This document shows positions 1 to 13,147 of a stretch of 64,000 bases of DNA, one piece after another. Below the pieces are notes generated by a model. The model ran no database searches, was not told where the DNA came from, and saw nothing but the letters and a program-made list of their open reading frames with translations. Every line of letters starts with the position of its first letter. Within the stretch, counting starts at the first letter, position 1. Source of the DNA: Eledone cirrhosa (taxonomy: Eukaryota); assembly GCA_964016885.1 (NCBI GenBank), contig OZ024740.1:278876001-278940000 (forward strand). Direction: 5' to 3'. The position numbers and the translations under genes are program-made.

Positions 1-18
1 ACATACATATATACATAC

Positions 19-79
<61 letters not shown>
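1..79. repeat. (TACA)n/(TA)n microsatellite
   Basis: Read directly from sequence. Confidence 0.95.
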
Positions 80-81
<2 letters not shown>

Positions 82-572
82 TTTTGCGAGGTTTTTGTTA
101 GACTATATATATGTGTTTGTGTCTATATTATATCTGTATTTTTGACCGTTGGTCAGTCAATGGTAACATTGAGGACCGAATAAATTAAATTAACTGATAT
201 AAAAGATACAGAAGCGAAAACCAACCAAACAGTGAGTGTGTTCTGTTATTCATTCTGGCAATATTATTACACAAATATGACCCTCCCCAAGTATAACAAT
301 ATATATATATATATATATAAACATTTATATTTTCATTTATTTTTATATCTGTATATCTGTTTGACCCGAAATAGGAGATCAAATCTTCGCTGTGTGGATG
401 ATTAGTTTAACCACCATCTCAGTGTGTTTGGCCTTTAACGTAAGTTGTAAGCTCTAATTCATTTGAATTATAGAGCGCTTGCCTCACAACTCGAAAGTGT
501 CTTCTCGTTATTTCATGGGCTGAAATTCGATTCTCGCTAATTTTTACTTGTATATATATATATATATATATA

Positions 573-967
573 CCCCGTCTCCCTCTCCCCACTCCACCCG
601 CCACCACCCCCCTACTCACCCCCCACCCTTCCACCACCTGTTTACCCCCCTTTTAATTTTAGTTTATTTTGATCATGCCTTTATTTTTAAATTTTCTCAT
701 TCCTTGTATTTTGATCATGCTTTATTTTTATTTTTTATTTATTTTTTATCTTTATATGTTTTTTTTCATTCGCACCGTTTCCTTTCGCTATATGTCTCTC
801 CACCACTCCCCTACACACCTTTTGAACTCTGTTCCCACACACTTCTCACCTGAGGAAGAGCTTATGCCCGAAACGTCGTCCCCCACTTACCCCCCACTCT
901 CCTGAGCGTGAAATTAATAAACATTTATTGTACTGCCTCTCTGTTTTGTCCCTGTTCAAATTTTTCC

Positions 968-970
<3 letters not shown>
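573..970 (+). mobile_element. (TA)n-flanked Penelope-LTR/retrozyme-like element with hammerhead core
   Basis: CTGAGGA-stem II-GAAAC-GTC at 850-877; bounded by (TA)n tracts on both sides. Confidence 0.55.
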
Positions 971-1007
<37 letters not shown>

Positions 1008-1282
1008 CATACCCATATATCTCTCTCTCTTATTCTTTGTGTTCAGGTCTGGAGAGGAGATGGGCTCCACCTGGTTTAAAGTGCTCCAGACATTCTGTAT
1101 GTCAGTACGGTAGCCCTACAACTTCATCAGTGTTTACAGGTCCATATATGTTTTAATAATATCTTATCGAGGAAATGAGATTGAAGAAAGGATACTTGTT
1201 TATTCATCATGAAATAAACTCGTGTAGATCTGAAGTGAACAAACCATCTGAACTTCCTCGCATTGTTTTGTATTTGCATGCA

Positions 1283-1600
1283 TGGTCGCGTAACCCCTAA
1301 GGAAGTCGTTGGGGCACCGTAGTGTAGTGACATACGGTATTTCTAGGGCATTTTTAAACCGAGCTGAGCCCATCCCTTCTCCGGGTTTGAATACAGCAGA
1401 CTGTGAGAGAATGGAAGTGAGAAAGAGATATAGAGGAAGAATCGACCCCAGTACTAGACAGCTATTTGATTTATCGACTTTGAATAGGTGAAAGGCAAAG
1501 TTGACCTCAGCGGGATTTGAACTCAAAGAGAAGAGAGCCGAAACTAATACTGCAAAGCCTTCTATCCGACGTTCTAGCGACTCAGCAAATTTGCCACCTT
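1283..1600 (-). mobile_element. Nin-type tRNA-derived SINE with extended 3' tail
   Basis: Minus strand has B-box GAGTTCAAATCC followed by the CTTTGCCTTTCA..GTCGATAAA core. Related copies at 32490-32810 and 54125-54435; inverted tail copy at 1020-1150. Confidence 0.75.
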
Positions 1601-1848
1601 GTTTTTTTATTTACACTAGCAGAAAAAAAACACCGAGATTAACTTTGCTTTTCATCCTTACGGGGTCGGTAAAATAAAGTACCAGTAATACACTGAATTA
1701 ATTGCTGGTCTTGTACCAAAAGTAGAAACAATTATTTATTCAAAGTAATCCAATTTATTTTACAAACGAGATAAAAAAAAATATATTCTGTGCGCAATCC
1801 CGCACTCCTTTCTTTAAGATGTATTAATTGACCGACTGTACACTCTCG

Positions 1849-2006
1849 TGTGTTTATATGCGTGTGCGTGCGTGTACGTGTGTGTGTTCGTGTGTATGTG
1901 TGTGCATGTGTGTGTACGTGTGTGTGTTTGCGTGCGTGTGTGTTTGCGTATGTGTGTGTGTATGTGTGTGCGTTTGCGTGTCTATGTACGTGTGTGTGTG
2001 TGTGCG
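1849..2006. repeat. degenerate (TG)n microsatellite
   Basis: Read directly from sequence. Confidence 0.95.
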
Positions 2007-2099
2007 TGAATCTCAGTATTCACTGGATTAATAAGATTCAGTAAATGTAAAAATTACGATTCCCTGACAGAATGTAAAACTCCATTAATACTGTTGCTA

Positions 2100-2725
2100 C
2101 TTCTTCTTCTTCTTCGTCCACTTATTCCTGAAAGGATCGTGGGGGGGTGGGCAGAGTCCTTAAACACTCCCTCCAGAAGCAATCGTCCCCATCTGATCCG
2201 CATAGATCCTCAAGCCAAGCTCATGGATATTTTACAATCATCTTTCTCGAGGTCTACCTCTGGGTCTCCTGCCCGTCAAATCTGTCCAGCAATTCTTTCC
2301 TGGGACATTCTAACCACATACCCATAATATCGGAGCTGTGATCCCTCAATTCGGAGAAGTAGTGGCTTTACTTGGAGTGACTCTCTGATCTCCGAGTTAC
2401 GCACTTTTTCGAGTAACATTATTCCAAAGACCCTTCGGAGGAATCTCATTTCGGCTGCTTGTATACGCGATCGTATTCTTTCGCTCATTACCCAGGATTC
2501 ATGACCATAGATAAGGGTTGGCACGAAAACCGAATTGAAGATAGCGAGGTTGGCTTTTACACTTACTTCCCTTCTTCTGATCACTTATTGCTGAAGCTGG
2601 CGCATTACTGCACCAGCTCCTATAATTCTTGCATTTAATTCAGCCTCCTGCCTTCCATCACTCGTAAACACGGCCCCAAGATACTTGAACTTATCTACGT
2701 GCTTCAGTGGAACTCCATTAATACA
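2100..2725 (-). mobile_element. RTE-clade LINE, 5'-truncated 3' end
   Basis: ORFs give DKFKYLG...PTLIYGHESW...QAAEMRFLRR...QLRYYGYV, typical of RTE ORF2; (AAG)n tail. Second copy at 54520-54820. Confidence 0.88.
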
Positions 2726-2870
2726 ACAAATAACGACAATATATCCGTTATCTAATCTATCCTTCATTTCAAAAGGAAGTAGGCTCTTTGATTTGACAGG
2801 GGTTTATTTAACTATTACCTGGGCACAATTAGCGAACTCTGGTCCCGTAAAATCACTGTCATGAATCTGA

Positions 2871-3072
2871 CGAGGGTAGGCTGAAAAGTTCATAGACTGG
2901 CTATGAAGGGGTAATGCTGGAACATGCATTAATTTCAACTTTTCTTATAAATAACTGCGTTGTTTCATTTAAAGGACTGTGTTGAAAAATAAACCTCAAT
3001 TTGGTCATTCCATGAGACTATCAAGGTTAGTCTATGCACCTTTCAGCCGATGATCTTTTCAGTAGACCCTCG
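2871..3072. mobile_element. mariner-derived MITE
   Basis: Ends CGAGGGT.GGCTGAAAAGTT / ...GACCCTCG-TA; same family as 15570-16155 and 26941-27138. Confidence 0.8.
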
Positions 3073-3297
3073 TAAGTTGAGAAGGATATCGAAATTGTAA
3101 ATACTTTCATTGTGGTATACTTCCATTTCATAGAATATGCTTTCATTATCAGATATTTTCGTTCTTTCAATGTTGCTGTTGATATTACGGCTCACATCCA
3201 TGTAGGTTTAGCTGGCCTTTTACGGGGTTGCTTCTCATATTAGGTTTCTCGGGTGTTTTAATAATGGCAGCATCGGTCCTATTATGAAAAGACCAGA

Positions 3298-3382
3298 CGC
3301 CAGTTCATCGCAGGTGTTAAACCCCCGCCAGTTCATCGCAGGTGTTAAACCCCCGCCAGTTCATCGCAGGTGTTAAACCCCA
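3298..3382. repeat. 28-bp tandem triplication of a SINE segment
   Basis: cgccagttcatcgcaggtgttaaacccc x3; the unit matches the SINE body seen at 43081 and 50511. Confidence 0.9.
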
Positions 3383-3401
3383 GCTTCTGTTGCTGGTCAG
3401 T

Positions 3402-3692
3402 GGAGGCGCGTGGCCTAGTGGTAAGTGTTTTGGGAGTTACGATCATGATGTCGTGTGTTCGATTCATGGACTGGCTTTTAAGTTGTGTTCTTGAGCAAAA
3501 CATTTCATTTCACGTGGCTCCAGTATACTCAGCTGAAAATGAGTAGCAGCAGCAATAGCTGGGGCTTCAAACCTGCGATGGACTGGCGTCTTGTCCAGTG
3601 GGGTGTCTTGTACTCTCTGTCACTTCGCGCCACAAAAACTGGGATAAGCACCGGCCTGATTAGCCTCTGGGCTCAAGACAGACTTTAGACTT
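3402..3692 (+). mobile_element. tRNA-derived SINE (CORE-like body)
   Basis: A-box TGGCCTAGTGG, B-box GTTCGATTC, then TTCTTGAGCAAAACA and CCTGCGATGGACTGGC. Sister copies at 47333-47611(-), 58221-58500(+), 56896-57130(+), 43005-43190(-) and 50445-50620(-). Confidence 0.85.
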
Positions 3693-4224
3693 TAGCGAAT
3701 GCTAGTGCTTACTTTTTTTCAACTGAAGTAGGCAAGGGGTGGAGCAATGGTAAATGAAGCGTCGTGCTCAGGGACACAACGCACTGTTAGTTGAGGAATC
3801 AAATGCAGGACCTTATGATCATAAGCCCAACATTCTAACCACGAGGTCAGGCGACTTCGTTCTTTCAATATAAACTTATATAACTGAGGGCAATGAGTAA
3901 TACCTTTCCAGAAACTTAAATAATGGTACGACATTGCAGACTAGTTGTACTTCGTCAACGCTCTAACAATAATTGTTTCTACTTTTGGCACAAGGCCAGA
4001 AATTATCCCAGTGCATTACTGGTACTTTATTTTATCGACCCCGTAAGAATGAAAGGTTAAGCTAACCTTGGAGAGATTTGAGTTCAAAACGTAAAAAGAC
4101 GTAACAAAACGTTGTCAGATGCTCTACCGATTCTGCCAAACCACGACCCTATTTATATTTAAATATTGAATCAATGAAAACCTTCAAGACAATAACTTTG
4201 ATTTAAAGTAGAAGCGGCAAAGAT

Positions 4225-4550
4225 CGAGGAATTAGTCCAAATTTGCCAACCAAGACCTAATCCAGGACCACACATCTAAATCAGTCGACTTAGACTTTCC
4301 TAGAAAGCAATAGGTGTCCTCGTAACCGGATCCGTACAACACATGCCAGGACAGTCCATCATCTCCATCGATGGAAAATGAAAGACAGCCCAGCATGTGA
4401 CTGTGGGAACCCTAACCAGACAGTACTGCATGTTGTTCGAGATTGCCCCTCTGACGTTCTCCCAGTGGCCTTGAGGTAATCCATAATACTACAAATAACG
4501 CCTTAGTCAAGCTCACCAATATCGATCTGTCTCTCTAACCATACGACAAG
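4225..4550 (+). mobile_element. LINE 3' fragment with CCHC zinc knuckle (I/Nimb-group-like)
   Basis: Translates W-K-M-K-D-S-P-A-C-D-C-G-N-P-N-Q-T-V-L-H-V-V-R-D-C-P near 4372-4450. Confidence 0.6.
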
Positions 4551-4878
4551 AAGATTTCACTAATGAAACTATTTCAAGAACGAAAGTAATTGTTGCTGTG
4601 CTTCTTTGCTTGTTATTTTGTTTGTTTGTGTTTTGTGCTGACAGATTAAATATATTTTCATTATAGAAGTATTTATTTATGATCTGAGTTCAAATCCCGC
4701 CGAGGTTAACTTTGCCTTTCATCCTTACGGGGTCGATAAAATAAAGTACCAGTAATACACTGGGATAATTGCTGGCCTTGTGCCAAAAGTAGAAACAATT
4801 ATAGAAGTATTTATGATATCGATTATATCAACAATCCAAGCCTACGAAATTTGGAAATAGTTTGTTTTGTTGTTGTTG

Positions 4879-4949
4879 TTTTCTTTTTCTTTTTCTTTTT
4901 CTTTTTCTTTTTCTTTTTCTTTTTCTTTTTCTTTTTCTTTTTTCTTTTT
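4879..4949. repeat. (TTTTTC)n microsatellite
   Basis: Read directly from sequence. Confidence 0.9.
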
Positions 4950-5280
4950 GTTGTTTTTGTTTGTTTGTTAGTTTGTTTTACAGATTAACGTACAATGTTT
5001 AGCAATAATCAGTTTTGAAATATATATTGTAATATTCTAAGAATAATCATATATAGATTAAGTTTCTTCCACACCTGCTGCACAAAAATCTTAACCTACG
5101 CATTTAAATGCCAACAACACTCTGGCTTATTTGTGTATATCTTGAAATAATTAACTTGCTAAGTATAACATATGCTCTAATATTATGTTGGTCACCCAGC
5201 CAACTAGTCAACTAGTAAGTTGGTTAGTTGGTTGGCTGCTTTGTTGGCTGGCTGGATGTCTGTCTGGCTGGTTGGCAGGG

Positions 5281-6400
5281 ATTTCTATCAGTGCAGAGGG
5301 TTTTCTTAAAAGGATATGTTTTACTAATTAGAGCTTTTATGGGAATACCTCTCTACTCACCATCATCGACACGGAGTAGGCTACCGACAGGGGGAGCCTC
5401 ACGAGCTGGAATGGCTCTTCCAACGCGTCTCCCTCACCGACCTCCGTGAAAACGCCTTCTCTGTTCTGTCCACCGGGGCCGCGGGGAAACCAGCGCGTGG
5501 GCCCCCGGTTGGTCATAATAATGAGAGATAGGGAGAGCGGGAAAGGCGGAGGCAATGACAGTCGGAGTTTGGTTCCATTGTGTTTAGAAGGGCTCTAGAC
5601 AAACTAAAATTAAATATTAAGATACTTGAAAAACCAGGTATTCCCATAAAGGCCCTGGTCAGCAGAATATATGCCTTTGAGAAAACCCCCTGCAGTGATA
5701 GAAAATGTGTAGGATGCAAATTAAGCCTACAAATTAACTGCAAAACTAGGAACATAGTATAGCATAAGATGTACGGAGGGACAGCGTAGAAATAGAAACA
5801 GACTTACATAAGTGAGACGGCCCGTAGCATAAGAGAAAAGATAAGTGAATACTAGCAAGAAATCCAAGATAGGAAAAACTTATCAGTACTCCACCAACAT
5901 GCCAGAATGGAACTTAGGGGGAAAAGTAGAGAACATAGAGATAAAAATCATATCCACACACAGAACAGACGCAGTTTTCCAACAGATTACAGAAGCAAAA
6001 GACATAAACGAACACCAACCAAAACTAAACAGAAAACATGAGTGGAATAGCAATAACATCACAAGTAGTAACTAAAGACAAGATAAAGACATAAAGAGAC
6101 ACACAAGAACAAAACTAATACAACAAACCATACATACACAGGTAGAACAAGCAACCAACTAGTGACAAGTAAATAAACGTATAAATAAATAGACACATAC
6201 ATAAACACTCATACACACGCACACGGATATAACGCATGCGCAGCCCAAGTGCACAGTATACAGCTCACAGCTCACAAAAACAAGATAGTGTGGGACAGAA
6301 CAAAGGAGAGACACAAAATAAGAAGAGGTCACAGAATGTGTGACGAAAGAGTTTTGACAATAAACAAATAAACAACCATCCGGTTATTAAACTAATTAAC
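5281..6400 (+). mobile_element. Penelope-like element remnant (GIY-YIG C-terminus) with inverted 5' segment
   Basis: CSDRKCVGC...CKTRNIV / YISETARSIRE / EAKDINEHQPKLN fit a degraded PLE GIY-YIG domain. 5281-5350 is an inverted copy of 5636-5705. Degenerate hammerhead near 6320-6350. Confidence 0.7.
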
Positions 6401-6574
6401 TGGAAGTTTAAAATAAATTGAAGTGAAAACTAACAGGTGCATGTGTTTTTATTGGCAACATGACCCTCCCAAAGTATAACAATATCTGTTTCAAGACACA
6501 TTTCAGATAAGAAATCTTGCAAAACAAATACAAAAACGAAGTATAATATATATATATATAGTAATGTAAAGTAA

Positions 6575-6899
6575 AGACCCCCGAATGACCATTGAATTTG
6601 CACCTAGAAAGTTCCCCTCCGAGGCACAAGTTCGGACAAGGTTATTTGTGGAAGACCAGCAGTCGCCCATGCATACTAGCCTCCCCTTGCCACGCCACCA
6701 ATGCTGTCCAGGAGAAAGGCAATGACCGATACAGTTTGGCACCAGTGATGTCGCGACTCATTTCTACATCTGAGAGAACTGGAGCAATGTGAAATTAAAT
6801 GTTTTACGCAAGGACACAATGCATCACCCAGTCCGAGAATCGATCTCACAACCTCTCGATTGCCAGCTCAATATTCTAACCACTAAGCCATGTACCTTC
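6575..6899 (-). mobile_element. tRNA-derived SINE with RTE-like tail
   Basis: Head reads ATGGCTTAGTGGTTAG..GATCGATTC on the minus strand; the body recurs inverted at 13783-13985. Confidence 0.75.
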
Positions 6900-6973
6900 A
6901 CATATAATATACATACATACATACATACATACATACATACATACATACATACATACATACATACATACATACA

Positions 6974-7145
6974 TGGTGGCTGCCAACTCGTTTTCGAGTA
7001 CGGCCACTACTTTATATCCATGTAGGAGAACCCCTACCGATGCGCTGAACGAGTGTGACTTTTTAGTCCAGCCAGCGACTTGAAAACTCTGGTACAAACA
7101 CTACACTTGTGACAATTATTGACATATAGTGCTGGGCCCATGGTA
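6974..7145 (-). mobile_element. RTE-type LINE 3' end embedded in (TACA)n
   Basis: C2H2 terminus CSVCTRVFKSLAGLKSHTRSAHR*, short UTR and (ATGT)n tail; nearly identical to 12585-12760. Confidence 0.8.
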
Positions 7146-7229
7146 CATACATACATACATACATACATACATACATACATACATACATACATACATACAT
7201 ACATACATACATACATACATACATACATA

Positions 7230-10200
7230 CAGTTGTAGAATTAAAAACTAACTGAGAGGAAATATTACCCAAGCTGTGAATAACTTTAGATTTAATTTTG
7301 ACAAAACTTTGTCGAAACTTTTAAAGAAGATCATCGTCTATTTTGAAAAAATAAATGCAAAATATTAGTGAATAGACTAACTCATCATGGCAAAATCTAT
7401 AAGTCTCCTCCGACCAAATCGCAACTACAACCATCGTATACAAAGGAGCAAAGATTTATATGAAGCATACAAGCAATCTGACCCCCAAAAGTTCAGTTTT
7501 GTGAAGAGGCTAAAAACTTTGTGGAATTCCAAAATCCCAGAATTAAACTTTTCCCAAAAACATTTAAATGAACAGACAAAACGTACCATTATAAAGACAG
7601 CCATTGAAGACAATCATCCCACTTCCACTGTCAGACAGAAAGAATGGTCACCTAAATCTGGCAGAAAACAGCTCACCAACAACGTAGCTGAACTCCATCC
7701 CGCTTCCCCTGATGAACAGAGAGAATGGTCAGCTAAATCTAGCAGTAAACAGCACACCAACAACCTAGCTGAAATCCATAACTCTACTGTACAAACAGAA
7801 CCCCAAAAACTTGAGGACACATTACAAGTGATATGGGAGGATATGTTTCAAGAGATACACAGTCTTAATGTGAGTAACAGACCATACAACACCAGAATCA
7901 GTAAAGAACCCACTAAATTGGAATTGGAAACAGTGAACGAAATAACTGACAATTATCTGAAGGCCACACGGTTCAAACGTGTGGAAATGACATATGAAAT
8001 GCTTAATATTTTGTTAGATGTTTCAACTATCACATTGCTATCTTATCATAAACATCTAAAACCAAGCAACCAATACAATAAGAAAGCCTGAACCAGCGTG
8101 GATGAGTAATTTAAAAAACAAAATCTTGGCCCTGTGACAAAGTATCTCAGATCACTGTAGTTATAAAATGCAACATAGAGAGCAACTTCACACGACATCA
8201 GGAAGACATAAGAAAAAAACCTAGAGAGGCGATTTGGGGATACAAGATTTACAACTCTAAACTCCCAACTACATCAGCTGAAACAACAACTCACAGCCGC
8301 AGCAGATAGATTAAAATATAAGTCAACAGCACATAAACGGCAAATGCTAAATAGATTATTTGCTAGAGATCCTAAATCAGTTTATCGCAGCTTCAATAGG
8401 AACAGCTCAATCTCTGTAAATGACATCCCTACAAAAGAACAGGTGGAGATCTGTATGGGAAACGAATGATGGATTTAACAAACAATCTAAATGGCTAAAA
8501 GAACTGGAACAGTAATGCTAGCAGCATATCCAGATAAAACAATATGACATAGATGGGTCAATACTGGAAACAGCTCTACAGAAAATTTCGAAGAGGAAAT
8601 CACCAGGCCCAGACCTCATAACAGGATACAGGCTGAAGAATTTCACCTTCTATCAGCAAGATCTCATACGGCTGTTTACAGAAACCATCAAAGACATACA
8701 AGAACTGCCCCAATGGTTATCAACTGCTACTACCCTCCTCATCCCAAAAATTACCGCCCAATAGCCTGCCAGAACATCGTGTATAAATTATACACTGGGT
8801 GCCTTAATCTGTTCTTACAGAATCATTGTGCCACCAACAACATTATAACACCTGAGCAAGCTGGCAAAACGAAGGAGGTCTGGGGCTGCATAGATCACCT
8901 ACTAACAAATAAAATGATACAGGAAAGGACAGCAAAGGACAGCAGGAACATGACTGTGGTGTGGCTGGACTATAAGAAGGCTTTTGATAGTGTACCTTAT
9001 GGGTGGATTATTAAGGCTTTACAGTTAGCCAAAGTCCCACAACCACTAGTAGCTGCTGTTGAACGCCTGACCAAGAACTGGTACACAAGTTTGGTCCTGA
9101 GGGGTGAGAAGTAGAAAATTACGGCTGATACAATACACTACCAGAAAGGTATCTTTCAGGGTGCATCTTTCAGGCTTATCAGTGCTGCTCTTAGTCCTCT
9201 CACTAAACCCACTATCATACCTGCTTACAAAACAAAGTGGTCATGGAAGTGGGTCCAGAAGTATCTCCCATCTTTTATTTGTTGATGACCTGGGTCAAAT
9301 ACCAACTATATTTTTAAAAAACAATTGGATGACCTGAAGTTGTATGAGCCAAATCTCAACTACATTAAAAAACAATTGGACCTCATTACACAATTTTCTG
9401 CAGACATCAGAATGAAATTTGGTGAGTCCAAATGTGCATATTTGACAGTAAAACGTGGAAGGGTTGTGCTCTCCTCTGGAAATCTAGAGATGAACGACTT
9501 GACAATACAACCTCTATAGTCAGGTGACAACTGTAGATATCTTCGACAGGATGAGAATGTCAGATATGATGGACCCATAAATAAGGAGAGAGCCAGAACT
9601 GAATACCTCAGGAGAGTAAAGAAAATATGGTCATCAGAACTATCATCGTACAACAAGTACATTGCCCACAATACTTATTATGTGCCAATCCTAAAGCCAA
9701 CATTTGGTCTGCTGAAGTTATCATTGCAAGAACTAAGTGAGATGGATGTAAGAACTCGCAAGCTTCTCAATGTTACTCAGTGATGTGGATAGGTTATACT
9801 TCTCACGCAAGGAAGGTGGCCGGGGTCTAAAGTCCTTATTAACATCATACGAGATCAGGATAGTAACACTGAAGCAACATCTTCAACAGAAGAAAAAGGT
9901 GAGCATGGAAGAAATAATTGTTTCTACTTTTGGCTCAAGGCCAGCAATTACCCAGTACATTACTGGTACTTTATTTTATCGACCCCGTAAGGATGAAAGG
10001 CAAAGTTAACCTCAGCGGGATTTGAACTCAGACTGAAGGAAATAATATCATTAGGATAGTCACTGATCTGGAGGAGAGATATGGAATAAGGCCTGATATA
10101 AATCTCTCTCTCCCAGGGAAATTGGAAGATCCTATTCAATGTTCAAACAAGATAAAAATAAATGGACCAATTTACAGAGAAAGTTCTGCATGGGTACCTG

Positions 10201-11020
10201 AGACGAAAAACACAGACCATAGAGGGGATTAATCACTCAAAATATCTGGCATGGAGTTCCGACAAGTTTACAACATCCAACCTTGAGGGATATCTCTATG
10301 CAATACAAGAATAAGAAATCCCTACCAAATATCTGCTACAGAAAAGAGGAGGGCCATCAGTCGACAATAAATGTAGGCTCTGTAAAACAAAGATAGAAGG
10401 TGTAAGTCACATTGTTGCTAACTGCGAAAGAATGTCGTCTCGCTACTACCTCCCTATGTGACACGATGTGATAGCTAGAATCATCTGGAACACACTTAGG
10501 AAAACAAAATTAAAAACAAAGGAGGAAGAATATGTTGAGATAGATCGCACTAGAGAATACTGGTGGAACTTGAAAATAAAAACTGCTACCAAATTAAAGC
10601 ACAACCGGCCTGATATTGTTGTTTGGGACCACACATTGAAAACGTGCTCTGTTGTAGAGATCAGCTGCCTACTTGATGTCAACGTTGTAAGAAAATATAA
10701 GAGAAGGAGGACATCTACGGACCATTGATGAGGAGTTTGCAGATCCAGTATCCAAGATACACCTTCAGCTTCATACCCATCATTATTGGAGCTACAGGTT
10801 ATTACCAACCCGCTTGGACCAAAGTATAACTGAAGTTGAATTTGTGGACAAAGAGCGTAGTTCCCTAATTCATAGTCTACAAATGGCTGCGATAGCTGGC
10901 ATCTTCAAAAATTGCAAAACATTCTTGCGATTCAAGGGATGACAATTTCTTTTCTTTTACAACTTTGCCACCAGGAAGGTGGCCGGTCAAAAATGTACTC
11001 GAAATTAAGAGAAAGAGAAA
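7230..11020 (+). mobile_element. R4/Dong-type non-LTR retrotransposon (RT + CCHC + restriction-like endonuclease), near full length, degraded
   Basis: ATG at 7387. RT motifs YRPIAC, WLDYKKAFDSVP and SHLLFVDD(LKLY); knuckle CRLC..SHIVANC at about 10372-10425; RLE RPDIVVWD..VVEISC at about 10605-10670. Multiple stops and frameshifts; (TACA)n on both sides. Confidence 0.88.
9912..10031 (-). mobile_element. young Nin-type SINE fragment inserted in the R4/Dong element
   Basis: Closely matches the copies at 31368-31545 and 51145-51330; interrupts the LINE coding sequence. Confidence 0.85.
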
Positions 11021-11064
11021 CATACATACATACATACATACATACATACATACATACATACATA

Positions 11065-11490
11065 CAGCAATGTGGAAGACATACATAAATATAATATGAA
11101 AAAGTACTGGTGGAATGTTCCAGTAAAAACCCCAATAAAATGCAGGCATAACAGACCAGATATATTGATATGGGACAAGGAAAAGAAGGCATGCACAGTA
11201 GTGGAAATTAGCTGCCCATCAGATGCCAATATAATATCAAAGATTAGCGAAAAGGAAAATATTCATGTAGAACTAATGATATCTGCAGATACTCCACCCT
11301 GACTATACCATCAGATATATGCCTGTGGTTATTGAGGCACTGAGGTATGTTAGTAACTGCCTCAATACAAATCTTGAGAATCTGGGCTTCACAGAAACAG
11401 AAAGAACACAACTAGTTAAGAAACTACAAGTACAAGCCATTAATGGAACAGTAAAAATATGCAAAACAATCCAAAACTTCTGCATCTAAT
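11065..11490 (+). mobile_element. second, divergent R4/Dong-type 3' fragment (RLE domain)
   Basis: KYWWNVPVKT..HNRPDILIWDKEKKACTVVEISCP and ..GTVKICKT; begins right after (CATA)n. Confidence 0.85.
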
Positions 11491-11821
11491 ATGATATGTA
11501 TATTATATTTTTATACGTGTGTATATATATTTATATGTATGTATTTTTGCGTGTGTATATGTATTATATAATAAATAGATTTTTAATAATATAGTCTTAA
11601 TAATAATATATAGATTTCTTAATATATAGATCTCAATTTTTAATGTATTGATCTCAATATTTTAACTGATTAACTAAACATTTAATCATATTTAAACAAT
11701 GGTTAAATTTCTCATATTATATATGTATCTTCCATTCATGATTATTAACATTTCTAACTTTATTTATTCATTTCATCTCAAATTTTAAGATAATTCAACA
11801 AGATATGTCTTAGAGTTTTCA

Positions 11822-11837
11822 CTCTCTCTCTCCTTTC

Positions 11838-11925
<88 letters not shown>

Positions 11926-11960
11926 GTTGTTCTGCTCTCTCTCTCTCTCTTTCTCTTTCT
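11822..11960. repeat. (CT)n microsatellite
   Basis: Read directly from sequence. Confidence 0.95.
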
Positions 11961-12357
11961 CCGTAACCCAACGGTTTATTTTAAAATATCCAATACTAAC
12001 TTACCTAATAGTATAATTAAAGATATAACTCCACTATCCGGGAGCTTCCAACAGTAATGGTTGCATTCTTTAAGGGTATGTCAATATTTATTTATAAAAC
12101 TGCTCTATATTATATTTTATCTGATGAAAGCACACCATAATTTAACTTGGTGGCCTTGAAATATGTATAATGAAATAAATATGGTTTTATAAATATAGTT
12201 TCCATTTGATAATATCGTATATATGTATGTATATGTGTGTATATACATCACTCAGTCAAACGACCAGATTTCAACTCCAACATCTACAACAACAACACCG
12301 GCACTAATGTTTACAGCAACAACAGCTTCAGAATGAATTGAAATGAACATTTACATG

Positions 12358-12584
<227 letters not shown>

Positions 12585-12585
<1 letters not shown>

Positions 12586-13147
12586 TGGTGGCTGCCACAA
12601 CTCGTTTTCGAGTCCGGTCACTACTTTATATCCATGTAGGAGAACCCCTACCGATGCGCTGAACGAGTGTGACTTTTTAGTCCAGCCAGCGACTTGAAAA
12701 CTCTGGTACAAACACTACACTTGTGACAATTATTGACACACAGTGCTGGGCCCATGGTACCATGTGACGACAAGTGCAGAGAGATCTCCAGATATAAAGC
12801 AATGCCTGTGCCGTGAAGCTTTTATAGTGAGCAAAGGCACTGCACAAAGCCAGTCCCACTCTCTTAACCAAGATGATATTTACCAAAAAGAAGAACAAGT
12901 CAACATCATTGGATACCATCAGGGTTGCAGGTGTTATATCAGAGTTTTCCTTCTCTTAGAATTCTGCCTTGACAAAGGCTAAGGGGTCATCTCTCCCGGT
13001 GATTTTGGATGGCCATTGACTCTTACGAGCTCCTTTGCCCTTTGACAGGTTTTGTTTTTAATCCTGCAGGATGTCCAAAGTCACCCTCCTCACCAAGAAA
13101 CCTTGGTGGGGTTGCCAGTTTAGTCGCCAACGACCCGACCATGAGAC
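12585..13147 (-). mobile_element. internally deleted (bipartite) RTE derivative between (TACA)n tracts
   Basis: Same 3' end as 6974-7145. The upstream part carries an RTE-like 5' region (AGAGAAGGAAAACTCTG; GHPAGLKTKPVKG) and has no RT. Confidence 0.6.

Noticed and set aside
3402-3475. tRNA genes (also at 47540-47611 and 58221-58290)
   Set aside because: A and B boxes are present, but no intact cloverleaf was seen and each runs into a SINE body.
7387-8091. 234-aa ORF as a host gene
   Set aside because: It is the N-terminal part of the broken R4/Dong ORF, collinear with the downstream RT and RLE motifs.
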